A stretch of 42,315 nucleotides of DNA from Phoronis australis. Lineage: Eukaryota; Animalia; Phoronida. The stretch is from positions 45,896-88,210 of the forward strand of contig NMRA01000961.1 of the NCBI GenBank assembly GCA_002633005.1, written 5' to 3'. Within the stretch, counting starts at the first letter, position 1, and each line of letters opens with the position of its first letter. The position numbers and the translations under genes are program-made. This document shows positions 24,751 to 37,725 of this stretch, piece after piece. Under the pieces are notes generated by a model. That model ran no database searches and was not told the DNA's origin. It saw only the letters and a program-made list of their open reading frames with translations.

Positions 24751-26724
24751 AGGAGAATGCCACCCGATTTAATTAGTCTTTTTTGCCGTCTTAATCGGTC
24801 TATATCCACATCGCCTCATATACGGTCGACCTTACCTTGCCAAGAGGTGTCGCGTTAACCTGTGAGGAATGTGAGAAAAGACGCTAGCGACATCAGTGGT
24901 TCATATGCAGAATGAATGCCTCTACGTTCTGTGCATCGTTCCCGCTTGTCGGACTCAAGGTAGTGAAGAATGTAATGTACCCTGTAAATAGCAAGTATGA
25001 GGCCGTAAAACATCTCCTTGTCTCTGGCCTGCAGTCGACAGTGCCTGACAAAATCCAGCTTACCAAATAACTCCATACGTTCCGTTGTCTGAGCTTGTTC
25101 ACAGCGCCTCTCTAGTATTTCTTCATCACTGTATTCCTGTTCGAATTGATAGCATGTAAAACTTAACGATCCACCTGCGAAGTCGGGACTGATGAGCTCC
25201 AGCTTGTCGGGATTGTGAGTTGCCATGTTTTCGTTTATTACTGCGCGTTCTGTTTCAAAATGAATTATTCTCACCCTAACCAACTGATGAAACAAAGTCT
25301 GTCTCATTAGATTTGTAATGCCTTTGGAGTGTTAGTGAGCGCAAATGATTTGAGAAGCCAGCAATGAACAAATCACTGCGTTACCAGCATTAGGTGCAAT
25401 AAAACTAATTTACGGGACACCGAGGCCGTGTGAGCTCATGCTAATTTAGTGTTTGCTGGCAGAAACTGTTGTGAAACAACTCCATTTCCATTGCACGGCT
25501 AGGTGTTAGGGGAATCTTTATTTACGTTTACATTACTCAAATAGTGATTGTCAATGAATAACTTCTGCCCTGATGGTGCTGTGGCCAAAGCGGAACCCGA
25601 GTGAATTCGCGGCCCCGACGAGTAAGTAGACTTGGAGTTTCACCGACATTATCACGTGCACATTACTTTGGCTCACTAGTATAGTATTTTCTTGACTCGA
25701 AGTTTAGTTTCCACTGAAGTTTGGCTGGTTTACTTTCGTGATGACTGATCAGTTTCCGAGCCACTGGCCGGGATAACTCAAGTCAATCCGGCCGGCCGCG
25801 ACTTGCCTGATCGGTCTCCAAGCCTCTAGCCAGGATAACAAGCGTTTTGTGTTTAGAACTCAAAAAATCTAAGTCNGCTGGCAGAAACTGTTGTGAAACA
25901 ACTCCATTTCCATTGCACGGCTAGGTATTAGGGGAATCTTTATTTACGTTTACATTACTCAAATAGTGATTGTCAATGAACAACTTCTGCCCTGATGGTG
26001 CTGTGGCCAAAGCGGAACCCGAGTGAATTCGCGGCCCCGACGAGTAAGTAGACTTGGAGTTTCGTGGCTAATTCACCGACACTATCACGTGCACATTACT
26101 TTGGCTCACTAGTATAGTATTTTCTTGACTCGAAGTTTAGTTTCCACTGAAGTTTGGCTGGTTTACTTTCGTGATGACTGATCAGTTTCCGAGCCACTGG
26201 CCGGGATAACTCAAGTCAATCCGGCCGGCCGCGACTTGCCTGATCGGTCTCCAAGCCTCTAGCCAGGATAACAAGCGTTTTGTGTTTAGAACTCAAAAAA
26301 TCTAAGTCTAAACAACACTAGGTTCTCCTGTCTGTATCTCACAGAAAATATTTCAAAATTATCTCCGAACAGACCCCTAACTCTTGCTGCGGACCGTATT
26401 AGCCTGCCAAATTTGTAGGCTACGGTGTCTCCAAATACCAATAAATCCGTAAGAGCGAAATAAAGCAACACGTTTTTATAAGAACGCGGTGTATTTTTAA
26501 GGGTTTTACATCGAAGTTTGATGATTTATTGGTGTTAAACGATGACTTCAAGCGATAAGCTGACACCAGTAACCCGTGTTGTGAGAACTGCTGAACAGAC
26601 TGCGTGTGAAACCAATGACGTCATTGGATAATTTCAACACCTCCGTCTGCCGTCAGGTTGTCAGGTATCGCAACCGTACGTGTCGTTATGGAGTAGAACT
26701 ACTCGATCTAAATTGGCATCTCCT
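24751..26724 (-). mobile_element. Kolobok-type non-autonomous DNA transposon, copy 2 (inverted; contains a duplication around N)
   Basis: ttaa|AGGAGAATGCCACC ... TGGCATCTCCT|ttaa, colinear with the reverse complement of 9584-11260. Remnant exon MATHNPDKLELISPDFAGGSLSFTCYQFEQEYSDEEILERR at 25226-25064. Confidence 0.85.
25455..26308. other. Near-identical tandem duplication (421/432 bp) joined by a single N at 25876; likely assembly artefact
   Basis: 25455-25875 and 25877-26308 differ only by a few SNPs and an 11-bp indel (GTGGCTAATTC). The duplication is absent from copy 1 of the element. Confidence 0.85.
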
Positions 26725-26747
26725 TTAATCAACTCATATCAAAATTC

Positions 26748-27056
26748 CCGGGGAAGGGCACTCAATGCTATGGGCATGGCAGGGACGGGCCACCCATATG
26801 GCGGTATTTTCAGTGTTTTGGTACAAGTTTTGGGTATTTTTTATAAATTTGATGTAAATGCGGGTGTCATTTCACATTAAATTGTTATGAAAATAGCCTG
26901 GCCAAGTTTTGACCAATAGATATATACAAAGAGTACAATTTCACCTCTTGGTGTAAACATGCGTTACATTTTCCACTTTGAAGAAGTAAAAGCATGGGAT
27001 CCGATTTGGAAGCCCAGGCCACACCCCCTACCCTAAAAAGATGATTGAGACCCACC
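26748..27056. mobile_element. Possible CCCGG-terminated (EnSpm/CACTA-like) MITE remnant
   Basis: Starts CCCGGGGAAGGGCACTC and ends with a degenerate GGCCACACCCCCTACCC...TTGAGACCCACC; the right TIR is poorly preserved. Confidence 0.3.
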
Positions 27057-28574
27057 AAACGTTTCAAAGCATAGGATGATAAAGTCTAAACGTTGTTTCT
27101 TTCAGACATTTAAAGCAAACGGTTTAAGTGAGTGATTTGTGAGTACAGTTCAAACTGGAATATTTCTAGTATACCACGAAATGTACGCATAATTGTCTAC
27201 ATTGTAGGTACATTGTACATGTTCGTAGTCACAGTCAAAGGCGGCAAAGTCATGCCACTTCGGTCACAGAATCCAGAAGGTGATCCCCAAATAAAAGAGT
27301 GTGATTAAGTTTATTTCAGAAATTGTGAGCTCAACTTCCCATCTGATGATCGATGATTAGTTCAAATACACTTTTGAGGAAAGAACGGTGAATTTGGTGA
27401 CAACTGCAGGTTGCCTGAGCGAATAAGTCTTGCGGTCAATTTTATAGTCTGGCAAGTGATTTAATGAACTCTTGACGAATAAATCAACAAACGTTAAAAT
27501 GCGACTAATTGTCAAGAAATTTATACGAATTAGAAATGGAACTCAAAGGCCAAAATAATGTTTTTGTTTTTTATGATCGAAAATATTTTTGGAGCAACTA
27601 TTGAATAATCTGAAATTAACTAAAAGTTCATCGTGATAACAACGTGTTGAGAGTATAGATTATGTTGAAATTCGCCCACAGACAGCTTTCGCGAGTTTTA
27701 GGGACACAATCCACTAACGAAATCAATATACATGTAATATACAGCTTAACTTACTTTTGGTGATTGTCAGTTTTTAATAAAGAAATGCCAAAAATTAAAA
27801 CGAACATGAGCATGTTTTACTCAAATTTTGAGGCTACTGACAGAAAATTGGAAAGATTTCTGATAGTGCATATTGAAGTCTGTTTTCAACTCCGCTATAT
27901 CTGTTTTACACCGGGGCTCTTGTTTCGATGGAACACCCTGTCTTTTATTGACTTATATGTGTATATAGAACTGCAATTTGTTGGTCTCTCACATCCGCGT
28001 TAGAGATACTGTAGCAGTTGTGTATAATTGACACCAAATTTACGTACAGTGTTTACTTATCCAATAGTTCGAGGATTTGTTTTGGGACACAATCAAAGGC
28101 AAGGTGGCACTGGGAAGGTCATTTTTCGAATTAAGTTTGCGGAAACCTTGTCCTGAGGTCATTTGAACAAACCAGTTTAAGTTTGTTTGTGAATGGAACT
28201 CCTCAATCTGCAATTCGAGATTGGTTAATGGACGCGACTTGCCTTTTTTTTTGACTTACCTGTACGTGAGGTTTTCTGACATGATGTCTGTCTCTTATTG
28301 ACTGGTTTCTGAATGCAGTTCTACTGAGCTATAAGTTAATGTACGGTGGTGCATTACGCTTCGGGGTCGTAGTTGCCAATCTTCTCGTTTGAAGTTTTAT
28401 TCGATTTCGCCAAGTATCTCTCCCCAGAGTGGTTTCAAAAATTACATTTGACGGGTATGTGTAAATACTGCAGAATGCACCACTGCTCAAAAATCAAAAT
28501 ACATTACATTAGGGACACAGGTACATTGCACAAGTGGATTATTACAGAAACGATAACAAACATTAGGATGAATT

Positions 28575-30090
28575 ATTTTGTCCATTTCTAATCTTTTTAA
28601 CCATGTTACTTTAAGAGCTTTGAAACTAAATGAACCATGTTGAGATCACAATTTTTTATAATTCTGAACCATTGTCTCAGAACAAATTTTGACTTTTTTG
28701 TTACTCCAGATAAACTGAAAAAAACATTTTCTCAAGTTGTTGGATAAAATCTTCTTTTTGTGATGGGAGACTTAAGAAAAGATGGGTAAGGTTCGGCAAT
28801 ACTAAAGATTTCACCACACATTTTTCTTTTGGACCAAGAGCGTTAGATATTGTGAATATCAATAAGTTTTGCACTAAAGTTCAAACCAATCATGCCGTCT
28901 AGATTTAAACTAAATTCAATCCCCGAAGTTGAAAATTTTGTTTTTGACCATTTTAAAGTTTTTGCGAAATCAGGTATCCAGGTATCATACTTCCTGGTTC
29001 CAATCCATATACACTCGGGTTTTTCACTATTAGGTTTAAGACCTGAATACTTAGCAAATGGGTCCAGAAGATCCAGAGTCTTTTTAGAGACCTTACAGAA
29101 CCATCCGTTATAATTGTTTTATCGTCGGCAAGGTGTAAAATATTTACCTCTCTAGTGCCGCAATTATTTCCCTTTACTGCATTATTATCTCTAAACATGT
29201 AGCCCAAGATTTCAGCGCAAAACACAAACAAGTAAGGCAAAATTGTCTCCCCTTGTTTGCACCCTTCTTCAACTTTAAAAAAATCAGATGCAACGCCATT
29301 TTGAATGACACAAAGCTGTGAGTTTTCAATTAAATTTTTATCCTTTCACAAATTTTTTTTCCAAATCAAACATGTTAAGAACATTAAACTGGAAAGTCCA
29401 GGATAATGAATCTAATGCTTTCTCAAAGTCGACTATTGTCACAAGGCCGGGAAGTTTACGCGAGTCCGCATATTGCAAAATGCAAAAGAATTCTGGTGTT
29501 CTCACCAATAAAGATAAAAAACCTTTTTGGTCTGGGTGAATCGATCTTTCAAGAACTTTTTTCATTCTTTGTGCTAAACACGACAACATTTTATATATTT
29601 TATATTTAAAAAAGAAATGGGACGCCAAGTTTTTAAATATCCTCTGGGCTTTTCGGGTATTGGCAGAACTTTAATTACCCCATGCAGTCGTAAAGCTGGG
29701 AGAGCATTTACTTCTAAACTATATTTAAACGACTTAAATAAGAAAGGTGATACTTCCGTCCAACAGTATTCATATAATTCACCAGTAAAACCATCAGTTC
29801 TTGGACTTTTGTTATTTTTCGTCTTCTTTAATGCAACTTCTATTTCTTGGATACTGTTATCCGCATCTAAACTTGTTCGATCTATTTCGCTAAATTTTTG
29901 ATATTTTGAATTTTTACAATATCCATGATATTAACTCCATACGCGTTGTCTCTAGAAGCAAATAATTTTACTTAAAAAGATTTCAATTCACTTTAAATTT
30001 CTTTTTGTTTCGTCAAAGTTTCGCCCGAGGACTTTATCAGCCTATTTATTGTTGTATTAACAAAATTTTGCTTTTCTGAGGCAGGAATTG
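28575..30090 (-). mobile_element. Degenerate L1/Tx1-clade LINE ORF2 (RT region)
   Basis: Minus strand with frameshifts: KNNKSPRTDGFTGELY, YLKTWRP, IHPDQKGF, VTIVDFEKALDSLSW, GCKQGETILPYLFVFCAEIL, HLADDKT, SGLKPNSEK, ALKVTWLKRL. Confidence 0.9.
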
Positions 30091-31534
30091 ACTTTACCTG
30101 AATCAGCCAACAAAGGCTCAAAAGCCCAAAATGTTAACTCCTGTTGTCTTTGATCCCAAGGAAATAATTAATGAGCATTTTCATCTGGTAGTTTTTTGTA
30201 GCATGACTGATTCTTTGAAGAAGTCCAGCGTTTTCCAAAAAGAAGTTTCAACTTCGTGATATCATTTCAGGTTCCATAACTGTGTGACACTTCTCAAATA
30301 GTCAATGACTATTAAGCAACTTGACAATCAGAACTATCGAACTGTCGTCAGTTCTCAAGTGATCGCTATTGTTGCAACAGTCGACTTTTGTTCGTTTGAA
30401 CAAGTTTCTAAAATTACGAATACATGTTTTCTGAATGTCAAATCACAGTTAATCCCTTTTCTGTTCTATTCTCCCTTAAGTAACACCAAAGTACTTTTTA
30501 ACACATAGCACCCCCTAGTTTTCATTGTAACGATAGATATCTCGTTTCTACCAAGGGATAGCAAATCGGAATCCTACCCTTGGTCGCTGGTAATGGACCC
30601 GAAGATATAATGCAAAGTTAAAGATACGTTTAAAAATGTTATTGATATAAAGATGGAATACATACTTCATACGATATATTACACTGTTGACTTAAACATA
30701 TATCAAAGTTTTTGACATGGAAAATAACAGGTAGGTTGGCCATCGCTCAGCGAATTTCCTGGTGGAGTTATACCCTTCGTGTTTCTTGCTTTTTATAACA
30801 TGTGATGTGTCATGAGCTGGATGTGGTAGAAGATTTTGACAGTTTTCTGAGCACGGCGCAAGCGCACACCACCAACAATAGACTGCCTACGCCTATAGCT
30901 ATCCATCGATAATAACCTTGGGAAGTGAAACTCCTCCAGGTTAGGTTTGAATCGGCAGTCGTAGTTGTGGTGACTTCCTTTTCCGTTTCGCGCCACTCTA
31001 CTAAACCTGAAAAGCAACATGCAGGTAAACGATAACATAATTAGTTTCAACCATGTTTTGGTGATTTCAACCGATCTTCGCTCTACCACCTAGTGGCAAA
31101 AGTGGCGTCCATCTTGAGCGATAGAAACAGGATTCAGCTAGTACACTACTCGTACTTTCTTGTAACAAACAGGATAACATGATACCTGGTGGGTTGTCTC
31201 TCCCTAAACTTGTCGTGCTACATGCCTAAAGCGTAGATTACGTCTGCCCGTTGAGCAGACTTCCTAAGGATTGTTTTTTTTCAAACTTGACAAGAAATAT
31301 TTGAGGGTTGTCGAGCGTTACAAAGCATTCTTAGGTTTCAGGGATTCAGGACTAGATAAGAAAGTAACTGTTAACTGATCAAAACTGAGTTTAAATGTAA
31401 CCTGATGACTACAAGCAGTTCACTTATTGTTTGGTGTGTCTAATGCTGCTTCAATACCGTCTTTATGCGGACAATAGAGAGATTTCGCAAAGCCACGTAA
31501 ACGTGAATTACCCCGCATTTATTCAACATTTTCA

Positions 31535-31790
31535 GCCTGAAATGGCCAATATAACCGTTAAATAACCCATTTAGTTTGTCAACGCGCGTTAAATAACATT
31601 TCGGTGTGAAACCGTGGCCGGTTTCGAACCTGCTCCGCAAGAGCTTCGAGTCGTCGAATTTACCACTGCATCGCTCATCAGCTGACGTCATTGAACATGA
31701 AAATAGAATACTTAAATAAGCACGTGCAACAATCGCATGTTCAACAAAAGGCATTGTACCGACACTTATACGCTTTGAAAATAAGACTCC
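31535..31790 (-). repeat. Dispersed repeat B copy 1, containing a tRNA-like core (~31612-31680)
   Basis: Similar to 38958-39193. The minus strand has an A-box-like GATGCAGTGG and B box GGTTCGAAACC at tRNA spacing. Confidence 0.65.
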
Positions 31791-32779
31791 CAATTTATAA
31801 TTTTTATTCTTCTTTTTCTTCTAGTCATTACCATTGACATTATCATTATTATGTTTACGTCACCACCTGGTTTTAAGTCGAATTTTCATTTTCAGGAAGG
31901 AAAATCCATAGCAAAATAGCCCCTTTGTCAATAGCGGAGTTGCAACCGAATCGATTTAACGATTGCAAATGTGCGGAAATTAGGGTGCGCAAAGCATATT
32001 GGGATTGATGCACGTAAATGGGATGGCCAGTTGGTTTGCACGGCGTGTGATTTGAGTGCATTAAACTACGATGCTGTCTGTATTTCTGAAAACGTGAAGT
32101 TCTGAGCTACTAGACACTGAGTCATCGATTTCCGCACAAAGTGGTGCTTGCTTATGGTTGGAAAATATCACCTGGTGTGGTATGTACGCGCATTCAATGC
32201 TTTAGGCATACTGACCAGAATCAGACTAGAACATCCCGCGCTTCTCGTCGTTGACCGAAGGAGAAAATTACCATGCGAAATTATCCTACTCATCATGCTA
32301 AACGTGTAATAAGTATGCTGGTTGGGAAATTTCTAATAACCCAGACTTTGTCTTAGCACATTAAGGGAGTCGACAGGACAGGTGGATTGCAGTAGGATGC
32401 TTTACCACCCTCGAAGAATCTTGAAAATCACTCTCATTGAAACTCTTGTTCTCTAACTTTTACAAACACAATACAAGATATTGTACCTCTGGTCAGGGTA
32501 TTGGTAGCCATATCTAATGGCCCATTCTATTTAATAAACGTAAACCCTAAGCCTAGGATGGTTACACGGAAGTTTGCTTTAACTCAACATTGCATAGCCA
32601 GGGAAACTTCAATTTCTCTCTAAACATATTGCGTTGAGGTTCAAAAATGTTTGCGTTGTAGTAAAGCAGATCACGTATTAATAAAAAAGTAAACTGTTAA
32701 ACTTTGTTAATTTAATTGATTGATTAGCCATTCACATATTGGTAAAAAGGTTACTTACTAAAAGACTATAATGCTTCAA

Positions 32780-33260
32780 GCGTTTAGCTCAAGCCTTTGA
32801 TCATGTGACTTATCTTGCTGCTGTGAAACCGGTAGTAACACATTGTCATAAATGGAAGGAAGTTGTTGTCCCTGGTCGCGGTCATGTGGGGGGTTGCACT
32901 GTTCAATGTTAATGGCCTTTTGATCTTACATGAGTGCCTGTGTTCCTCCTGGATAGAACTCTAGTGTTGTAGATATCGATGGTGTGACCAGATGAAACTA
33001 CATGTAAGTGGGATTATTCAATTTTTTTAACAAAACGAGTGCCGATAGTACGCTTGATCTCACCAACGTATAAATGAGAAGGATCCTGGTCACCCTGGAA
33101 ACTCTATGCTTAACTAACTGACTATATTCTACTGTGTAGCTTATCTCGTTCTTACCACCATCAAATAATACAACGATGAATACACCTTTAACCATTCATA
33201 TATTATTCCGACTTTATGACACACCAGCTTTAGTTAAGGAGAAAATAACAAACCAGTTAT
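32780..33260 (-). mobile_element. Penelope-like element 3' fragment (GIY-YIG endonuclease), nested in the ISL2EU-like element
   Basis: Minus-strand frames give HLYVGEIKRTIGTRF, GHTIDIYNTRVL, EEHRHSCKIK, AINIEQCNP and DRDQGQQLPSIYDNVL. These match the Penelope GIY-YIG pattern YVGETxRxxxxRxxEH...GHxxDxxNxxVL...KIKEAIxI...NRDxGxxLPxxY. Confidence 0.75.
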
Positions 33261-33351
33261 CCAGAGTTGTCTCTGTCACAAAAGCGAGAGCTTACAGGAA
33301 CACTTCTCATTGGATGGGTTTGTGATTGATGTTTAAATTCATTTTATTGTA

Positions 33352-35388
33352 GGTTTCACCAGACTAAAATCGTGGTATCCACTGGTAATCCAGTGTTGGG
33401 TGTGCCTCAACGACACACATTTCGGGACCGTTTGAAGCTTGTACGGTCCCTGAGCTGAAACGGTGGTTGCAGTTTCGAGGGGTTATGGTTCATTGGTTGA
33501 AGCGACAGGCACTGATAGAGAGGATTGTCGTTGTTCCCTTGCTGTTCTTTGTTAAAGGCTATGTGGTCGTCACACAAAATATTTGTTTCTGACTAGTGGC
33601 AGAATTGCAAATGGCGTCGATCTTCTTCTGTTCTGGGAGGTATGATCACATGATTTTAATGAGTGTACCCAACGTAGACAGTAACTTCCAACTTTATGCA
33701 TTTAGGGACAATGCCCTCAAATAGCTTTAAATGTAGCTTCCTTTGGCGTTTATGCTGTGTCTGAAGGAGGTGGGTATGGGGCTCACCATCTGTGTAATGC
33801 TTGATATACGTTTTTAACAGTTTTGATTAAAAACACATCAAATTAATTTCTGTTGGATAGCATCATTGTCTGTAGCCCAGACTATCAACCGAACATTGTA
33901 TAGAGAATACGAGGGAGTGTAGGAAGCTATCCAACAGAAAGTACAGTTGTGCTTGTGTTTACCAATGGATGCTACGTAACTATATTGGTTTAACAGTCTG
34001 TTTACTTTTGATTGCATTTTCATCAAATCCATTTAAACAATGTTGTGCTTTTCCAGATATTATCATTACTTCAATGATAATGAAAGGTCCAAGAAGATCG
34101 TGAGAACCGGCGACAAAAGAATACACAAAAACAAGAACCCTACACGAGGGAATAAGCAACAATGCTGGATGGACATCGATGTTTAGATGTTCCGCCTTCC
34201 ACGTTCACTCATAGCTTCGTATATGGTCATCTTGGGGGCACGACATTAAAACATAGGCAGAGTGACTTCAGGATGAGTAGGTATCAAAAAGTAGAGAAGC
34301 TGCTAATAAAACCAGATCATGATAGCCTACAGTTCAAAGGAGTGATCAGCGCAAGTTGCTCATCAAAAAGTACTCTGTGGTTGGCGAAATTCAAGGACGT
34401 TGTGTATATGCAAAATGTAAGGGCGTTGCAGGTGCAAAGGGCGTTTGCAAGCATGTTGCTGCCTTCTTATTTAGGCTCCTTGGATGCAAGGAAAGTGGGT
34501 TGCCAACTATCCCTGATAAGATTGCGTGCACGTTCCAGGAGTGAGCTTGGGGTCTAACGAAGCGTTCTGTCAAGGTGTCTCAAAAATTTTCAGACTTGGT
34601 ATTTGTGAACTACGTGGATGGAAATGACTCCGAAAAATCAATAGAAATTTCCAAAAAAGAAAGGATTACAACTGTCTTGATCCAAGTAAACAGTCCTTAC
34701 CAACTGCTCGACTTAAGGAACTGGTCAGGGTAATGAAACCATATCACCCAGTGTGGAGCAAATTGCTTGACCAAGTAAGTGTGCCACCAAACAACTGTTT
34801 GAGACTTCATTACATAATGCTGAAAATATGCTGCTTTGCTATTGTTTGGTTATCAATCACTTATTGTTCTATTATTCTCACGTGGGCGTTCTCTTACTTT
34901 GTCATATACTGCAAATTATATTAAAATTCCACACTTTATCTTATAAGTGACCATGTCGGCCAAATTAACTTAGGTGCAGTCCAACTAAAGCCCAGTTCCA
35001 GGAAATAGGGAACACGTCGTACAGAATTCACCTGTTGTCCCATGTTGTTTATAGTCAATCTTCTCTTGAATAGATACTTGAATTGTGGGCCTCCTCCTGT
35101 ACTGTAGTTGAATGACCCATGCCCTCATAGTACATTTACATGAACTTCGACAATTCATCAATGTTCACTGCCACAAAACATTACATGTACTTGGTTTTCA
35201 AACTTTGATTAGTGCTATTTAAGCAGGTTCCATTGATGCTGGATAATATTGAAAGTGACGGGTTTCAGGTCATATGTACATCGTTCATGGCCCATATCAA
35301 GGCTCTCTCCAAAGTTGAAATTCATGTCATTTTGAGAAACATAAGAGGACAATCTCAAGATGAGGATTGGTTCAAACACCGTAAAGGT
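33352..35388 (+). pseudogene. Spliced remnant of a SAP + SWIM zinc finger + YqaJ-like (lambda-type) exonuclease transposon accessory gene
   Basis: SAP-like FEACTVPELKRWLQFRGV..LKRQALIER (33431-33522); SWIM-like YAKCKGVAGAKGVCKHVAAFLF then ACTFQE*AWG (~34405-34553); YqaJ start IRGQSQDEDWFKHRK (~35341-35385) followed by a GT donor. Stops and frameshifts present. Confidence 0.75.
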
Positions 35389-36089
35389 ATGCAACATAAA
35401 CACTAGGCAGGTTGGCCCACTAATAATGATGGTGGGACTCTCTGATTCTTACACCAATTGTCTTATCAAGTTATTATTGAAGTACAGAATGTAACAAATT
35501 GTAAGGAATACTGTGGCACCAAAAATCTTCTTGTTTCCTTGAACGTTAAATCATGAATTGTGGTGATTATTTGTCATTGCTCAGATTATATGGGAAGTCG
35601 ACAAATCTAAAATAACAAACATCTGAAAGGCTTTAAAGGTGGTTCAAACTAGCCTTAACAGTAAGCAAAATTCATACTGAAGAATTGTTGCAATGGAACT
35701 ATTATCACTTTGTTGTTCTGGACTAGGAAGATAATTGGTACTTAGTTATTGACAGTGGCAAGGGTCAACCAGTTTCCTAGTTGTTGTGCTCAGAGTATGA
35801 TTTAGGCAATACGGTCACATGAGAAGTAGCCAGACACAATGCCATTTCTGCATCATGATGGTCAATTCTGTTCTCATATACTTTTCACTTGATTACTACT
35901 TAAAGTGACGCACCACGACGTGTCCTAACGGATGTAACCTGTTTGCACTATAACCTGAATATACCACAGTGGTCCTATTTGTAACGTTACTGAGAACTTT
36001 GGCCCATGGCAAATGGCATCATCATTTTATCCCTTTTCTTTTGACACAAATAACTTACAGTCTTCATAAAGATTAAAAATGACTTAGTG

Positions 36090-36370
36090 GCCTGGAACCG
36101 GTCTCCAATCTCCGTACTCAGACTACAATCATACTCAAACTCACACTTCATACTCAACCCCAGTAAAGACTCAGTTTTGGTGTATTCAATGTCATAATCG
36201 AAAAATCTGTACTCGAAATTTCGAGCACGTTCTCACTTTTCGATTATACTCGAAGCAAAGTGCAATTAATCTATATTTCGAGTATGGTTGTATGTAAAAA
36301 TTCTGCGTATATGCTCCAAATTCGAATTTGGTTTGGTAGTGTGCTTGAAATCGTATTCGAAAATAAATAC
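36090..36370. repeat. TACTC/TACTCGA motif-rich segment, probably a MITE remnant
   Basis: Multiple TACTCA/TACTCGAA motifs and inverted TTCGAGTA/TTCGAGCA motifs. Confidence 0.35.
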
Positions 36371-36763
36371 AGTGGATGTGAGACACAGACAATTTATTCC
36401 ACAAGCGAAAGAAGAAAATACTGTGACTTGACGATGGCTGGAGAAATTACTAACCGAAATATTGTGCCAATGTTAATGGGCTATAACTTGGTGTGAATAG
36501 ACTAATAGATGATCACCACATCTGACCAAATCATAGCGAGTTGAAGAAGAAACTTGTATAAGTTGTAGCAATAGTGGTACTATGAATAAATAACGCCAGT
36601 GTAACAAGAATATAACAGTCACTGTGTACCAAAATTGGAATGCCATGACTTTTATACAAAATCATTCATTTGAAATGAGGTGTTTTCTTATGCCTCTAAT
36701 GCTAATGTCCAATTAATATTGTGAATTATCAAATTGACCTTGAGCTAGAATTAAACATTCCGT

Positions 36764-37725
36764 TTAATTACATTCACATATCTGTATGCAACATCTTTCT
36801 GCAGCAATCCAACTCTCAACCAGACAAACCATAAACAGTTCATCCTGAGGTGAAAGTGCTCTGTTTCTAAGACCTGGGTTGCCTGGGTTCTTGAGAGGTG
36901 ATCCACAATCAATTAAATGTTTTATGTCTTCCTGTACAAACTTGTACACGACCATAAAATGGTTATGATCATTGAAGCCGGATGTAAAAATACATTGCCC
37001 CAGTTTTGTCTTTTATTCCATCCAAGCCAAATGCATGGGATTGCAATAAGTGTTTGTTCATTTCTAACTCCAGTTTGCCAGTCGATATTTCCTTTGTCAC
37101 TTCCTCGTATCTAGACCACATTTTCTACTTGTGTGTAGCTCTTTCTTATATGCAAAACACTCATTCATTTGAAAGCTCCTCATCTACTTGTAGTTCACTA
37201 ATTCTTGAGCCCATGCTCTCGATAATTTCATCTTTTTCCCAACAATATTGATCAAGGTGCTTTCGCTGTCATCCGGTTAACAGTAACTGTGATCATGAGC
37301 TAGGAAGGCGGAAGCCGATTTGCGGTCCAGTTGACTTTCACGTCCTTAAATCAACACAGCGTCATCTTCCAAATTGCTCAGATCAGCTGAGTTCTGGGCA
37401 AGCGAAAACAAGATTTTCTTCACTACACTCCGCCGTGGAGTACTTGTTGCTGTTGCTTTCGAGGGAGATTTTGTAGGACAGTTTCCAAGATACGTTTTAT
37501 TGCCGCCCTCAAAATGAGCGCTGCATAACGTATGCCACTTAGTGGGAACGAATTCACTAAATAGCACTTTGCTTCCAGCTCTACTGCTGTTTTTTACCCG
37601 TTTTTACACGGTTCTTGATCCTTAGGAAACCGGTAATAACTAAATTCTTTATCTCGCTTACTGTTATTATAGCAGTCAGGCACACAACACGTATAACCTA
37701 CCCGTGACCGGTTCGGCAGCACGCT
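36764..37725 (-). pseudogene. THAP + HTH (HTH_Tnp_4-like) N-terminal half of an ISL2EU/Harbinger-type transposase, decayed
   Basis: THAP motifs [26 protein letters not shown]...FVPTKWHTLCSAHFEGG..CPT. HTH-like RNRALSPQDELFMV followed, after a frameshift, by GLLQKDVAYRY. The DDE core is not clearly retained. Confidence 0.8.

Noticed and set aside
24855-25307. 150-aa ORF as an intact gene
   Set aside because: It lies in the Kolobok-type repeat, reads through a splice donor, and is frameshifted in the other copy.
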